A stretch of 57,828 nucleotides of DNA from Girardia tigrina (lineage: Eukaryota): the NCBI GenBank assembly GCA_001938485.1, contig MQRK01226513.1, positions 1-57,828 on the forward strand. Direction: 5' to 3'. The notes beneath the pieces are model-generated. The model was given only the letters and a program-made list of their open reading frames with translations, was not told the origin of the DNA and ran no database searches. A program made the position numbers and the translations under genes. Shown in pieces: positions 41,461 through 54,010 of the stretch; position 1 is the first letter of the stretch, and each line of letters begins with the position of its first letter.

Positions 41461-43028
41461 AGATGAACGCAACTAAAAACAGTTTTAAGACTATAAGAAG
41501 TTGGTTTTGGTTATACAGACAATATTCTATATCCATTCACTTACCAGATCCTTAGCTCACTCTTCATCATTCTAACCTGTGTCCAGAAATTGGAAGGAGT
41601 TACGCGGTGAGAACTTAAGGTACTGACAGCCTGAAAATTTGGCATAAAATAAAACAAAAAGACTAAACGAACAGTCATTACTGAGTTTTTTCTGAATCAT
41701 GATGGAAATCGATTCGAATTTTACTGTGTTGAATTTGATATTTATTTTCATTCTTAATTAATATAAAAGTTGTATGAACTATTCTGAGGCCTAGGGTTTC
41801 ACTAACATGCCTATTTCCTATCTTGAATTCGAGATAAACGAGGACGATTATTATTTTCTAAAAATATTTATTCGAGATTGACGATTATTTTAAGACGACC
41901 GAACCAAAATATTAAGGAAAAATATGAAACTTTCCATTGACATAATTACATTCGAGTTAGCTGAATACTTGAGATAACTAAGTTTAACTGTAATTACTGG
42001 GAAAGGGTGATGTGTGAGGCATTGATGATCAAATCCTTTGATCATAAAGTCAATGAGAAAAACTATCTTCAACTTTATTGAAAGTATTTTTATGATTTAG
42101 AAATTACAAAATGATTGCCTTGGTAAATAAACTCAAATATATCATTCTTAATTTAGTATAATGATGGCGATTGATCGGTCGAAATTAATAAAAATAAATA
42201 ATGATGAGCGTTTCTATATATATTTAATTGCCCCAAAGTAAAATTACTCCGAGAACTCTATCATAGAAAATTTTTTTTGCAAAAACCTTTATAGAAATTT
42301 CAACAACAAATTTACTAAGTTTTGGACTCTATTCTTGAGATACACAATAGTAAAAATTTTAAATAGAGATATTATTTTTCCCGGACAATACTGTGTTATC
42401 TAGTTTATATGAATATAATTTTCTTGTAGGAGTAGCTTAGTAAATTAACCAGAATTTTGATGATAGATACTATTTGTGAGCCATTGATGATCAAGATATC
42501 TTAATATTTTTTTCTCTAATTAAGACTAATGACAGAAAAATGTCTAAATTATAGCTAATTAAATATATGTACATAAAACAGTTGACATATATAGTACACA
42601 TTCAAATGAAAGTGGTTATAAATCTTAAATAGTCACAAGAACGACAAATAAATCTAAATATTTTGTAGAAATCAAGAACTGATGTTTAATATCTTGAAAA
42701 TTAGAAATAATTAAATCCTTTATTAAAATTAATTTGCAAACATGACAGTTATTCAAAGATTAAAAAATACAAAATAAAGACATCATTTTTAGATTTTGCT
42801 TTTTTATATTTGAACGGATATTTTTCATTTAAATTAGTAGCGTCAACTAGTTTTTTATTTAAAATAGTTGATAAATATAAAAAAATTTTGATTTGAAAAT
42901 AAAGGACAAAAATATTTTGAGTTTCTCGTCTTTTAAATCAATTTAAATGTGATTTTACATTTGTTTGTATATAATTCCTAACATTCTGTTAGTATTGTTG
43001 TTTTTTATATATTTGTAACAAATGTTGT

Positions 43029-44463
43029 CTAATATTCTTCATCGATGGTCGTGTCTTGAAACTGCTGATATTCACTTATCAAATCATTTAAATTTGATTC
43101 AGCTTCAGTAAATTCCATTTCATCCATACCCTCTCCAGTGTACCAATGCAAGAAAGCTTTTCTTCGATACATAGCTGCATATTGTTCGGCTATTCTTTTG
43201 AAAATCTCTTGAATTGCAGTATTATTTCCAATGAATGTTACAGCCATTTTCATTCCTCTCGGAGGAATATCACACACAGCTGTTTTAACATTACTGGGAA
43301 TCCATTCTACAAAATAAGCACTGTTCTTGTTTTGCACATTTAACATTTCTTCATCAACTTCTTTAACCGATAATCTTCCTCTAAACATAGCCGCCACTGT
43401 TAGATACTTCCCATGACGCGGGTCACAAGCAGCCATTAAGTTTTTGCAGTCAAACATTTGTTGGGTCAGATCATGAACTGAATATGTTCTATATGGTTGT
43501 GAATGACGGCTGGTTAAAGGTGCAAACCCGGGCACAAAGAAGTGTAAACGAGGAAAGGGAATTAGATTAGTTCCTAATTTTCTTAGATCTGCATTTAATT
43601 GACCTGGGAATCTCAAACATGTTGTTACTCCTGACATTGTTGCACTAACTAAATGATTTAAATCCCCATATGTTGGATTACTAAGTTTCAATGTTCTAAA
43701 GCATATATCATAAAGAGCCTCATTGTCTATTGTAAATGTTTCATCTGCCATTTCAACTAATTGATGTATTGCAAGAGTAGCATTGTACGGTTCAACAACC
43801 ACATCTGATACCTATAAAACAATATATTAGATAAGTGTTTAAATATTATTACCTTTGGAGAAGGGTAAGTTGAAAAAGTGCACACTATACGATCTGGAAA
43901 TTCTTCTCGAATTTTGCTCAGCAAAAGTGTTCCCATTCCAGAACCAGTTCCTCCACCAAGAGAATGAACAACTTGAAATCCCTGTAAACACTCACAAGCT
44001 TCAGATTCTTTTCTGACTAATTCTAGAACAGAATCGATAAGTTCTGCTCCATCAGTATAGTGTCCTTTAGCCCAATTGTTTCCCGCTCCTGTATGTCCAT
44101 ATGCAAAATTGTCAGGACGGAACAAACTTCCATATGGACCACACTTGACAGAATCCATAGTACTAGGTTCCAAATCAGTTAATATAGTTCTCGGTACCAG
44201 TCGACCACCTGAGATCATAAACAATTTCGTTTACAAACGTTCTATCAAGTATACCTGTAGCTTCATTATAATAAACATTAATTCTTTCTAATTGTAAATC
44301 ACTATCTCCTTTGTAAAATCCATCAACGCTTAATCCATGTTCATCTGATATAACTTCCCAAAACTGAAATTTTATTTTATAGATAAATGAACATTTCAGG
44401 TCTAACTTTAGCTCCCATTTGATTACCACACTGGCCGACCTGAATGTAGACTATTTCACGCAT
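43029..44463 (-). CDS. beta-tubulin, divergent, 434 aa, 4 exons (44463-44407, 44363-44255, 44208-43853, 43811-43029)
   Basis: [15 protein letters not shown] start, [43 protein letters not shown]. Three GT-AG introns of 43, 46 and 41 nt restore the frame. Confidence 0.97.
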
Positions 44464-45872
44464 TTTAGATGTAATTGAGGCTCTTCTTTCTACGTGTTGC
44501 TAAGCTTTATCTAATTCTAATCGATGATTTTAAAATTTTAAAATGGATTGATTTTCAAAAATTTCTAATTTAAATAATGTTTATAAGAAAATTGCTTTTA
44601 TTACTCAAAAGTTTTGTATCTTATTTCAGCATAATGACTTTGAATCTAAAACAAAAATAAAATGAAGCATACTTAATCTTTTATAAATTCGGTCTTGATT
44701 TTTCATTTGTGTTTAATAATTTTAATTTTATTTTGTACATTTTCTAACAGAATACTCATTTTTCAATTAAGAAATTTGAGTTTTATTTTCAAGTTTTTTA
44801 TTATTAAGAAAAAAGTGGAAGTTACAGTATGAATCAATTGTACAATAATCATCTCTATTATATTTTTTTGTGTTTTCATCATCAAAATGAGCCGTAATTT
44901 TTTTTCATTACAATAAACATTGTATTTTTCTATTTCTTTATTTTACAGCTAATTTAATTATTTTCCGTCTTTCGATCACAATATTTATTGGATTCATATC
45001 CCCAAAATTGCTCTAAACCACTAGAATTATCGATTTCGCTCGTTCTAAGTAATCACTGCATCTATCACTTCCATAATAGCTATCAGTGGCTAAACGATAT
45101 ACGAAAAGATTTATTTTTCTTAGCGGGAAAATATTACTACCGTCTGAATGTTCAAAGTTTGAAAAATTATCTTTGATCGACTAATCAGAATCGCAATCTG
45201 CGTTTACTTAGTCAATGTATCCATCAGATTTGTTTTAGCCTGAATCCATTAGTCTCAAAAAATCTGGAACTGTAGATATTTCAATGGATGTATATTGTAA
45301 AATTGTAATGGTAAAGTATCGGGAAACGACAGTGAGGAAGAGGAACTGTATCCAACCTCTCCATAATGACTGACATAAGTGCAAAAGGAACAGTTGAATT
45401 GTGCAAATACTGATAATAGTTACAACTATAAGAGACACAATGCACAAGGACACTTATGCCAATTAGGTGGCAGTGAATCGCCTTAAAAATTCTCAATGGC
45501 CATTAATTTACTCATTTTCATTAATATCTCAGAATTTTTTGATCCAACAAGCTTTAATCGAAAGGGAGTTTCGACTCCTAAGATAATAAAATTGGAACGA
45601 TCAGATTGAGTATTGAAAGAAGAACTGTAGTATACACTGCACGACATAAGACAAGGATGAAGAGATGTCACATAGAGAATCGGCAGTGGTAAGTTCTTCC
45701 TTGGGACATGTTTGAAGGCGAAGGCAGTACAAGAGATCTCTCAATACATCTGTCGTTCTTAGCAATTATTGTATGAGGAAGTTGAAGTGGCCTCCAACAG
45801 GATGGTGCAACAACAGGATGGTGACCTGTTGGTTCACATTGTCTCCTTTCGATCAACCTAGATGGAAGGAAG

Positions 45873-48800
45873 TGTCACGACCCATTCGTTTGTAGCAGTT
45901 TTGAACGCTCAGAGTCCCCAGTGACTATTAAGGGTCAGTCAAAACCCGATTTCAGCTTATACTATTTCATAGACTGTTTTAATACTCATTTAAATGCTAG
46001 ATTTATTTATGGGTCGGACACCTCTTCTCGCTCGACATCTGCCTGACAGTGCCGAGTCTGAAGGGCCTGCGGGTTCGGATAAAGACGGGACGGGCTATGG
46101 GCCCCCCACCTAACTTAGAATCGATCGGGATATGTTTCGTACAAATATTCATCAGTAGATTTGGATCACGTCTATGCTTAATAAGTATGCTGAAACTTGT
46201 TGTACGGTTATGTCGATCTATAACTTGTGGCCTTGTGTTAAGCGATGTTGAGCTTAGGGCAATGTTGTGTAATGTGGCTTGCAGTACTGTTAGGTTTCTA
46301 GGAGTATTACCAATAACAGTATATGTCGTTATCGTTGTGCAGCTCATTTATCTCGCAGCATATCGACAATCAGTCCCTTTGTACCTCGCACGGATTCATT
46401 GTTTCCCTACTATATAACATATAACAGTTGCATTTATATTCATATAACTTGTATTGATATAATTTATACTTATGCCAGATATATTTATATCAATCAAAGT
46501 AATTATTAATATCATGATTACGTCGCATATACTTATATTCATTTACACAATCATTAGTATCAGAGCTAAGTAAACTGATTAAATCACGAAATTTGTTCGA
46601 TCACTATCGCGTCAAATTCTTTAAAATATCCTATTATTTCGATTTGGTAACCTTACACCAGAATCAATTCAGAGTTTTTAATAAGATTGAAAAACTAACT
46701 AAATCAGCGTTTTCAATTTTCCGTGGTTAAATAACAATTTATTACATTAATAATTTCGCGATGAATTAATTATCTCAGTGAATTCTCACTTATGAGCTGC
46801 AATAAAAAATATTAATTCATAACATTTCTTTACTAGGGATTCATTAGCTTGTAATTTTATTAAAAGAAATCTCAATTTAACTTTCAATTTAACTCTCAAT
46901 TTAATTCCAGATAAAACAAAATTCTACTAAGTTGATTGTTGGATATTAGATATTTTAATTATTTGAAATATTTAATATTTACTTTTTTGATAAATATTTT
47001 GTTTAAATATTATCAATTAAACATTGTTTTGAAAATAAACTTTTCGCATGTTACAAGCTATCCGGTAGAGAAAGACGAAGACCGCCTTATCTAAATGATT
47101 ACATTGTGGATTCAGATTCTTCTGTGGACGAATCTGGTGGGAGTGTTGGATATTAGATATTTTAATTATTTGAAATATTTAATATTTACTTTTTTGATAA
47201 ATATTTTGTTTAAATATTATCAATTAAACATTGTTTTGAAAATAAACTTTTCGCGTGTTACATTGATATTCATAAATTGATAAAATAATTACGTTAATAC
47301 AGATCGGCGGTTGTAGAAATTCCAGTTAAGAATTTTAATTTACAATTCCAGTTAATAATTTTAGTTAACGATTCGAGTTAATAGTTTGCAGGATTTCCTA
47401 GAAACAATTCACGTAATTAGCTAACTCATAGAAATAATAATTCATAATCTAATTCAAAAATCCTAAAATTAAAGTAAATGGTGAAAATTAATTAAATTAC
47501 TCCTAAAATTCAATTGCAATCCTAATTTCTTAAAACTCGTGATAATGATAAGACTTCATCAAAAAAATTGTTTTATCGATACAAATTGCATCGCAACCTG
47601 TAGACACATTTTCAATTTTTAGAAACATTTTAATGGAAAAAGAATTTTAACCTAATTTCTTATGAAACAACCGCATAGAAGAGGTAATTCTTTACATTTT
47701 TATAATCCTCACTTTCTGATCTCAATTTTCATTCCTTGCAGTTCGTACAAGTCAACTTAGTTATGTTTATCCGACTAACTCCGAAACTACGGTAAATGAA
47801 ATTTCTAGATCAAAATTCTAAATTCTAAATTAATTCTCTATTTACAAACTGTAATCGAAAAACCGCATCCCTATTTACTATATATATCATCTAAAACCTC
47901 TAAACCGTATTATTGATAACTAATATTCAATTATTATTAACGAAATTCCACTTTAAAAATCAGAAATAAAAAAAACAAATTAACAAAATGACTAAAATTA
48001 TGGGAAAAAGCTATATTTGAAATTCAAATGTTCCCCGAATACTCGGTCGTCTGACACGGGTAAACTCGTGCTCCCGCATCCTCGGTAATTAACTCAGCGC
48101 GGCTCTCCCGAGGGAACGATTCTAGGGGCACCGAAACTACTTCGACGATAATCGGGTCGGTGTGATTACCGACGCTCCTCCAGCGCGCGTTTGAGCGCAA
48201 ATTCTCTCGGGGCATAATTGAAGGCGACGACGGCGGGGCGACGACTGTGGTTAAAAGATTAAATAAACGATGGGAACACGATCGTCCGTGCTTATGATGC
48301 CCCTATTTGACCTATTAAACGATATTAGACTGAACGATTAATAACAACGCTGTTTGTTCACGCTTTCCGGGCAATCACTTAAACTACGACATTGACACAA
48401 TAAAATCAAAACGTATATAAAAAAAATAATAATAAAAAATTGTAAGGATTTTGCCCAAATACTTTTATTGTGTAAAACTAAAGAGTAAAAAAAATAAAAT
48501 TACATCAAAATCACGCGGTGCGTGTAAGTGCCCGGAGGTCCGCTCGGTGAATTGCTCGTCGTTAACTCGTGTAGGCTCCTCTGTTCGTCGACGCGTCTCC
48601 GGATAGAAGTGTCCCTTTGGGTATCGTGGATCGATTTCGGTAATAACGAGAGATTCGTAGATGTTACGGTCCTCATCTAAACTCGGTCCAATGTTTTCTT
48701 TTCGAAGTCCTTCTCGGTAAATTGCGTTCGCGGTTGCGTTGAAAATCGACGTCAAAATCGTGCGTGAAAATTATAAGAAAATTTTTAAGATAAAATTGTG

Positions 48801-49596
48801 GAAAAATTGTGCGAAAAATTGTGATTGAATGTTTTATTTATAACACTCACCATTTCGTTTGTCGGGGTGTGTTCTAATCGTGGCCGCTTCTGGTTGGCTG
48901 TTACCAGTAATTTCGGGTTTCTATTTGTAAGGGCTGGTTGTTTTCATGCAGCATGTCCAAACTGCTTTGTCACAAGGCTCCTTTGTCACCGATGACTATT
49001 CATCGCGTGACGCTGCTCTTTCTTTGTGGGCCTGACTCACCGTAAGTTTTATTTACTGTACTTTGTTTCACTTAATTGGCCTTTGTTCTTCTTTAATTAA
49101 TTTATGTATCTTTTCAGGGGTATAACTTTTCAGAGGAACGTGTCAGGACTTTGCGGGTGACCTTCAAGGATTCCTCGTCTTCGGGGCTACAAGTGGATGG
49201 TCCGTTGGTCTTATAACGTTAATGGCTCGCCCTGGAGGTATTCTTTGTCATTTCCTGTCTGGTTTTTAATTGATTATTTTCTTTTTAGGGTTGATAACTT
49301 TTCAGGAGAGTACCTCACGACCTGGTGAGTTTTCTTCGAGGGTTTGTCTTACAACAGGCTATACGTGGAGGGTCGGCTGGCCTTCTACGCATAATGGGTC
49401 GTCCAAGAGGTGATTTAATTATTTTTTTTCTTTTTAATTAATTGTCTTCTTTTTAAAGCAATTAACTCCTTTCTCAGCGTTTTCGAGGTTCGGCAGTTCC
49501 ATTCCAGAGATACATTATATTATTTGGTTCTTCTCATCGGGTATGCTTTCATTTCACTTGTTTGATTTTCCTTATCTCTCGTTTTTAGTTGTGATA
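45873..49596 (+). mobile_element. long LTR-like unit, copy B (~3.7 kb including nested TRIM)
   Basis: Starts TGTCACGACCC directly after the purine tract GATGGAAGGAAG (PPT-like). Candidate end TGTGATA (49590-49596) is an imperfect inverse of the start. Confidence 0.65.
46937..47262 (+). mobile_element. TRIM / miniature Copia-derived LTR element
   Basis: 119-bp LTRs 46937-47055 and 47144-47262 (TG..CA, 1 visible mismatch), 5-bp TSD TTGAT, 88-bp interior ending in the purine-rich GGTGGGAG. Confidence 0.92.
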
Positions 49597-51080
49597 TAAT
49601 GCTGCCTCTCCGACATGGATGATCAAAGACGATCCAGGGACCCACCTTTTGTGTCAATAGTGATTCAAATAAATGTATTGATCTCATGGGTCTTTCTTCT
49701 TTATATTCTTTTTCTTAATGTTTATAACCATATGTATTTTATATTATGTATTTGATTTCTCGACCGCAACAGAAGCAAGACTAGAGTACTTCCTAATTGC
49801 CGGAAGTGAGGGATAATGTAGTGCGCAAAGAGATATGTAAAAAGAGATTCGTTTCGTCCTACCAAATTGTTCGGTAGATTACTGTATCTCTGGTCTCAGG
49901 AAGTGACCTTCATAGATTCTATACATGGAAATGGGGTAAAAAAAAGCCATAAAAACTGGTCTATGTGATTCTATACATGGAAATTGTGTCGAATCATGTA
50001 ATGACAGGAATATGGTACAACTGGTCCCAGGGAGTGACCTCTATAGGCTTATATACACCGAAGTGGGTAGAAGAATATATAAATGGGAGTGCAGTGAAAT
50101 GGCCATATTAACATATCGATAACGGATCAGTGGAGTTGTAGAGTCCCCAGGGAGCAGATGGTATCAGTTTTCTGGGTGTGTAGAATGTATGTTTGGTGTG
50201 TGTAGTACCTGTGTGGCGTTTGTAGTGCTTATGTGGTGCCTGTGTGGCGTGCGGACACGATCACTCAATTGAAGGGTGCGTGGAGAGGTCGCTAATGAAA
50301 GAACTACTGTGGAAACCAGGGCACGTGTAAAGGTCGGCTTAGGCTCGATACATTGTGCGAATTAATGTATGTAAGAACGGGGAACTTTTCCTCACAGACA
50401 AAAAAAATAAAGATTAGGATCGACAGTGGTAACTGTGTCACCTTTATCATAAAAAGCTGAATGAGGTCACGAATCAACAGGGTACGCACCATAAGTCTGG
50501 TAACGTTTGACAATGGATATCCTGGGTAAAGTGCAACTTTGTGCGATACAGCTTGATGATTTTAACGTGGGTACTGCAGAAGAGATTTATGTTGAAAGAA
50601 TAGCTGCAGATGTCGACATGATCGTGGGATAATAAATTATTCTGAGACATGGATTAAACATATAGGTAGTAGGTGAGAAAATATGAATAACTTTTGGCCC
50701 TAACTGAACAAGATTATGATTCTCACTGCAGTTTCTTGACTTGAAATGGAGAGTGTTTAGAGAAGAAGAAATATACTTTATAGAACATTTATTCTTCATG
50801 TAAAAGTCGGTGATTTTATTTTGTATTTGTTTGTGATTTTCATAAATTTTAAAATATCTGTCAAACCAACGCGGTAAAAAACCTAAGTAATTAATTTATC
50901 TACAATTTAAATTAACATTTTAATTAAATAAAATCTTATCAATGTAGTCAAATTCCTTTGAATTCATTCAGTTTTAATTAATTATAGTTTGACCATTATT
51001 TTTTGGAGAGACAACATTCATTACAACATACTATACCTCATATAATACATGAAATTGACAAACGATCACACAAAGAGAGA

Positions 51081-51735
51081 GGGTACGCCGACTTTACCGC
51101 GGCGACTTTACCTCGGACAACTTTACCGCGGATGACTTTACCACGGATGACTTTACAGCGGGTGACTTTATCACGGGCGACTTTACCGCGGAAAATTTAC
51201 TACAAAATTGTCAATAAGTGAAACAATGTCATCTAAAATATAAATAAAAATTTTTAATTATGTAATGATAAAACAATGAATACAAAGGTTTTAATTTTAA
51301 AACATAAATGGATAGAACATTTCAGATCGTCATGACATTTAATTATTCTTTTTATTATAAAAAATAAACAAACATAAGAAAAATTAGTAAATTTCAAATT
51401 TAAAAAATTCAAATAACATTCTAGAACAAATGAATAACACACGAAAAATATGTAATGTGTAAATAGAAGAAAGATACAAAAAACATTAAGCTGGAATAGT
51501 AAATATATACTTTAATCCAAAAGTTTAAATTATTAGCAACGCCTCTAAGATAATCCACTATTGGTAAATTATTGTATTGTTCAATCCTCTCACTTACTTT
51601 GGCGTAAATTTTCGATGAGAATTCTAGGAATTCTTCACCTGCTCTAATGCGCTGAAACATTAATTCAACAAAATGTTGCTCAGTACGAAATTGATTTATC
51701 AAACTATAAAAAGTTGGGTGATTGCAAGCAATAGA
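51081..51735 (-). mobile_element. Mutator-like (MULE) element 3' fragment with 15-bp tandem terminal repeats
   Basis: About 7 x GACTTTACCGCGGNN (51090-51191). HPTFYSLINQFRTEQ..IVDYLRGVA resembles a MULE transposase C-terminus. Confidence 0.65.
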
Positions 51736-52090
51736 ATTTTAAAATTAGTAAATCAAAAAATTAAAATTTTTATATTCATTCTTTATGCAGATAGAACTCT
51801 ACTTTGCCAACAAAGTTTTTAAAATTTAAAAATTTAAGATTTCAAAAATTTTAAATTAAAACATTAAAAATTAATATAAACTACTTGTAATTTATAAATA
51901 GATATCTTGCAATTAATATTGTTCGGGAACTCCAAATTTTCCGTTTTTCCACATTTTTGGATCATAAAAAGTTTTTTTTCGATCAAATTTTTACATAATC
52001 ATTTATTGTCATCGAGAATGAGTAAGTGTGCAAAGTTTGAAGAAAATTGATTGAATAGAAGGCTTTCAAAAATAGGTTTCTAAATTCCAT

Positions 52091-52127
<37 letters not shown>

Positions 52128-52132
<5 letters not shown>

Positions 52133-53171
52133 CTTTTTGTCTAGTAAAAAAGGTTTGAGAACTCATTTTATATCTGTTTTACCTTATGTCAGAAAGTACT
52201 ATAATTGAATTTTCCCACTGAACACAAATTTATTTTACAGGAAATTTAAAGACATAAACGTTTTTATAAGAAAATGAGAGACTCAAAGAGTTTATTTATA
52301 ATAAAAACCGACCTGACTAAAGTTTATGTGGAAAAATCAAAAATATATTCTACTGTATTATGATACTGTACCGTATTATGCTTTAAAACAACTTCCAGAG
52401 TTTTCTCATGTTTTCATCAGACAAATCATCCCGATTTCTTTTCTTGCTTTGTGAGTTTAGAGCTGGATGTTTGCCTCGAAGCAGCAAAGAGTCTACGTAC
52501 TTTGTAGGATCCAAATATGTTAGTGGAGGGCAGACCATTCTGATGAATAAAAGTACCGAGACTGTTTTTGTCATAAGCGAAGCTCTCGTTGGGGTGATTA
52601 TCAAATTCATTTGTGAGAATCCCCTTTCGCACTCGCTGGAAGAAATGGAAATTGTATTAAGACCATGTATTAGAGGAAGAATTCTTTCAGAATATTTTCT
52701 TTCCGTAAGATAATCACGGAATCCACGAATGATTTCTCTTGCGTTAAGTTGCAGCCTGCTACAAAATTTCTCAATTTCTGCTTCTCCAAATGTCAACTGG
52801 TTGTTCATGTTATCTGTCCAATGGCTCTGATCTAGTATGCTAATCCATTGAACAAGTTCAACATCTTCATTAGACAGTAATCTTTTCGTAATTGATTCGC
52901 TAAGTTTCTCGTAAAAGACATTTTCATCAATAGGAGGATAATTTTTGCAGTTTCTGTTGTGTAGTACAATTTCATTAAATATTAGATGCTTGGCATTTAT
53001 ATACCTTGTTGTTTATTTGTAAACCGTAATTTATGTCGTTCCCGTGAGTTCCCACTGTAAAAATGACTGACAGTAAGTAAAACGCCGATTATTTTATATA
53101 AATATAAACGAATCTGGCAAAAAAGATATGGGAACTGAGTTCCCATGAGTTCCTACTGAAAAAAAGCACTA
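52128..53171 (-). mobile_element. internally deleted hAT transposon inserted in a (TA)n tract
   Basis: TIR TAGTGCTTTTT/AAAAAGCACTA. ORF 52383-52808 carries the hAT dimerisation motif ISSSECERGFSQMNLIITPTRASL. TA repeats lie on both sides. Confidence 0.88.
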
Positions 53172-53676
53172 TATATATATATAGAAAGTGAGCTAATAAA
53201 AATAATGGAAAAGGTGTTGCTCATAATTTAAACTTATTGGATTAAAGTATATGTGAGAAATAGTTTTGAATGGTGTTTATTGTGTGTTGTTTGGTATGTT
53301 GTTTTAGGATTGTGTTTCTCCCACCCAGATGGAAGATTGATGTCTTATATATTTTAAAACGTCGAGTTGTTTAATCAATTATTAAAAGTTAAATAATCAC
53401 TTTAAAATTAAACTAATATTTCATAAATAATCTTTTAATAATAATTTTAATAATATTTTGTAATAATTAAATTATAATTTAAAGTATATATTATTTTTGT
53501 AATGATTAAATTGTATTTTAAATTTGTTTGAATAATAAGACATTAAAGAATATTATTAAAGATTATCAATCAAGAACGATGACGAGCTACGCAAGTTTTA
53601 CGGAGAATTGTTGTAGTGACAATTGAAATTGTGATAATAATAAATGTAAAGGAAACTCAATTAATGTTCTTAATTG

Positions 53677-54010
53677 TATATATTTACTATTCCAGTTTAA
53701 TGTTTTTGTATATTTCTTCTATTTACACATTACATATTTTTCGTGTGTTATTCATTTGTTCTAGAATGTTATTTGAATTTTTTAAATTTGGAACTTACTA
53801 ATTTTTCTTATGTTTGTTTATTTTTTTATAATAAAAAGAATAATTAAATGTCATGTCGATCTGAAATGTTCTATCCATTTATGTTTTAAAATTAAAACCT
53901 TTGTATTCATTGTTTTATCATTACATAATTAAAAAAATTTATTCATATTTTAGATGACATTGTTTCACTTATTGACAATTTTGTAGTAAATTTTCCGCGG
54001 TAAAGTCACC
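53677..54010 (+). repeat. ~330-bp inverted copy of 51178-51510
   Basis: Near-identical reverse complement ending ttttccgcggtaaagtcacc. Confidence 0.9.

Noticed and set aside
49860-50800. Possible LINE ORF remnant with ~130-bp imperfect repeats
   Set aside because: No diagnostic motif recognised.
51090-51191. Repetitive peptide ORF (TLPR)n or CRISPR-like repeat
   Set aside because: 15-bp terminal tandem repeats of a transposon; the ORF is a by-product.
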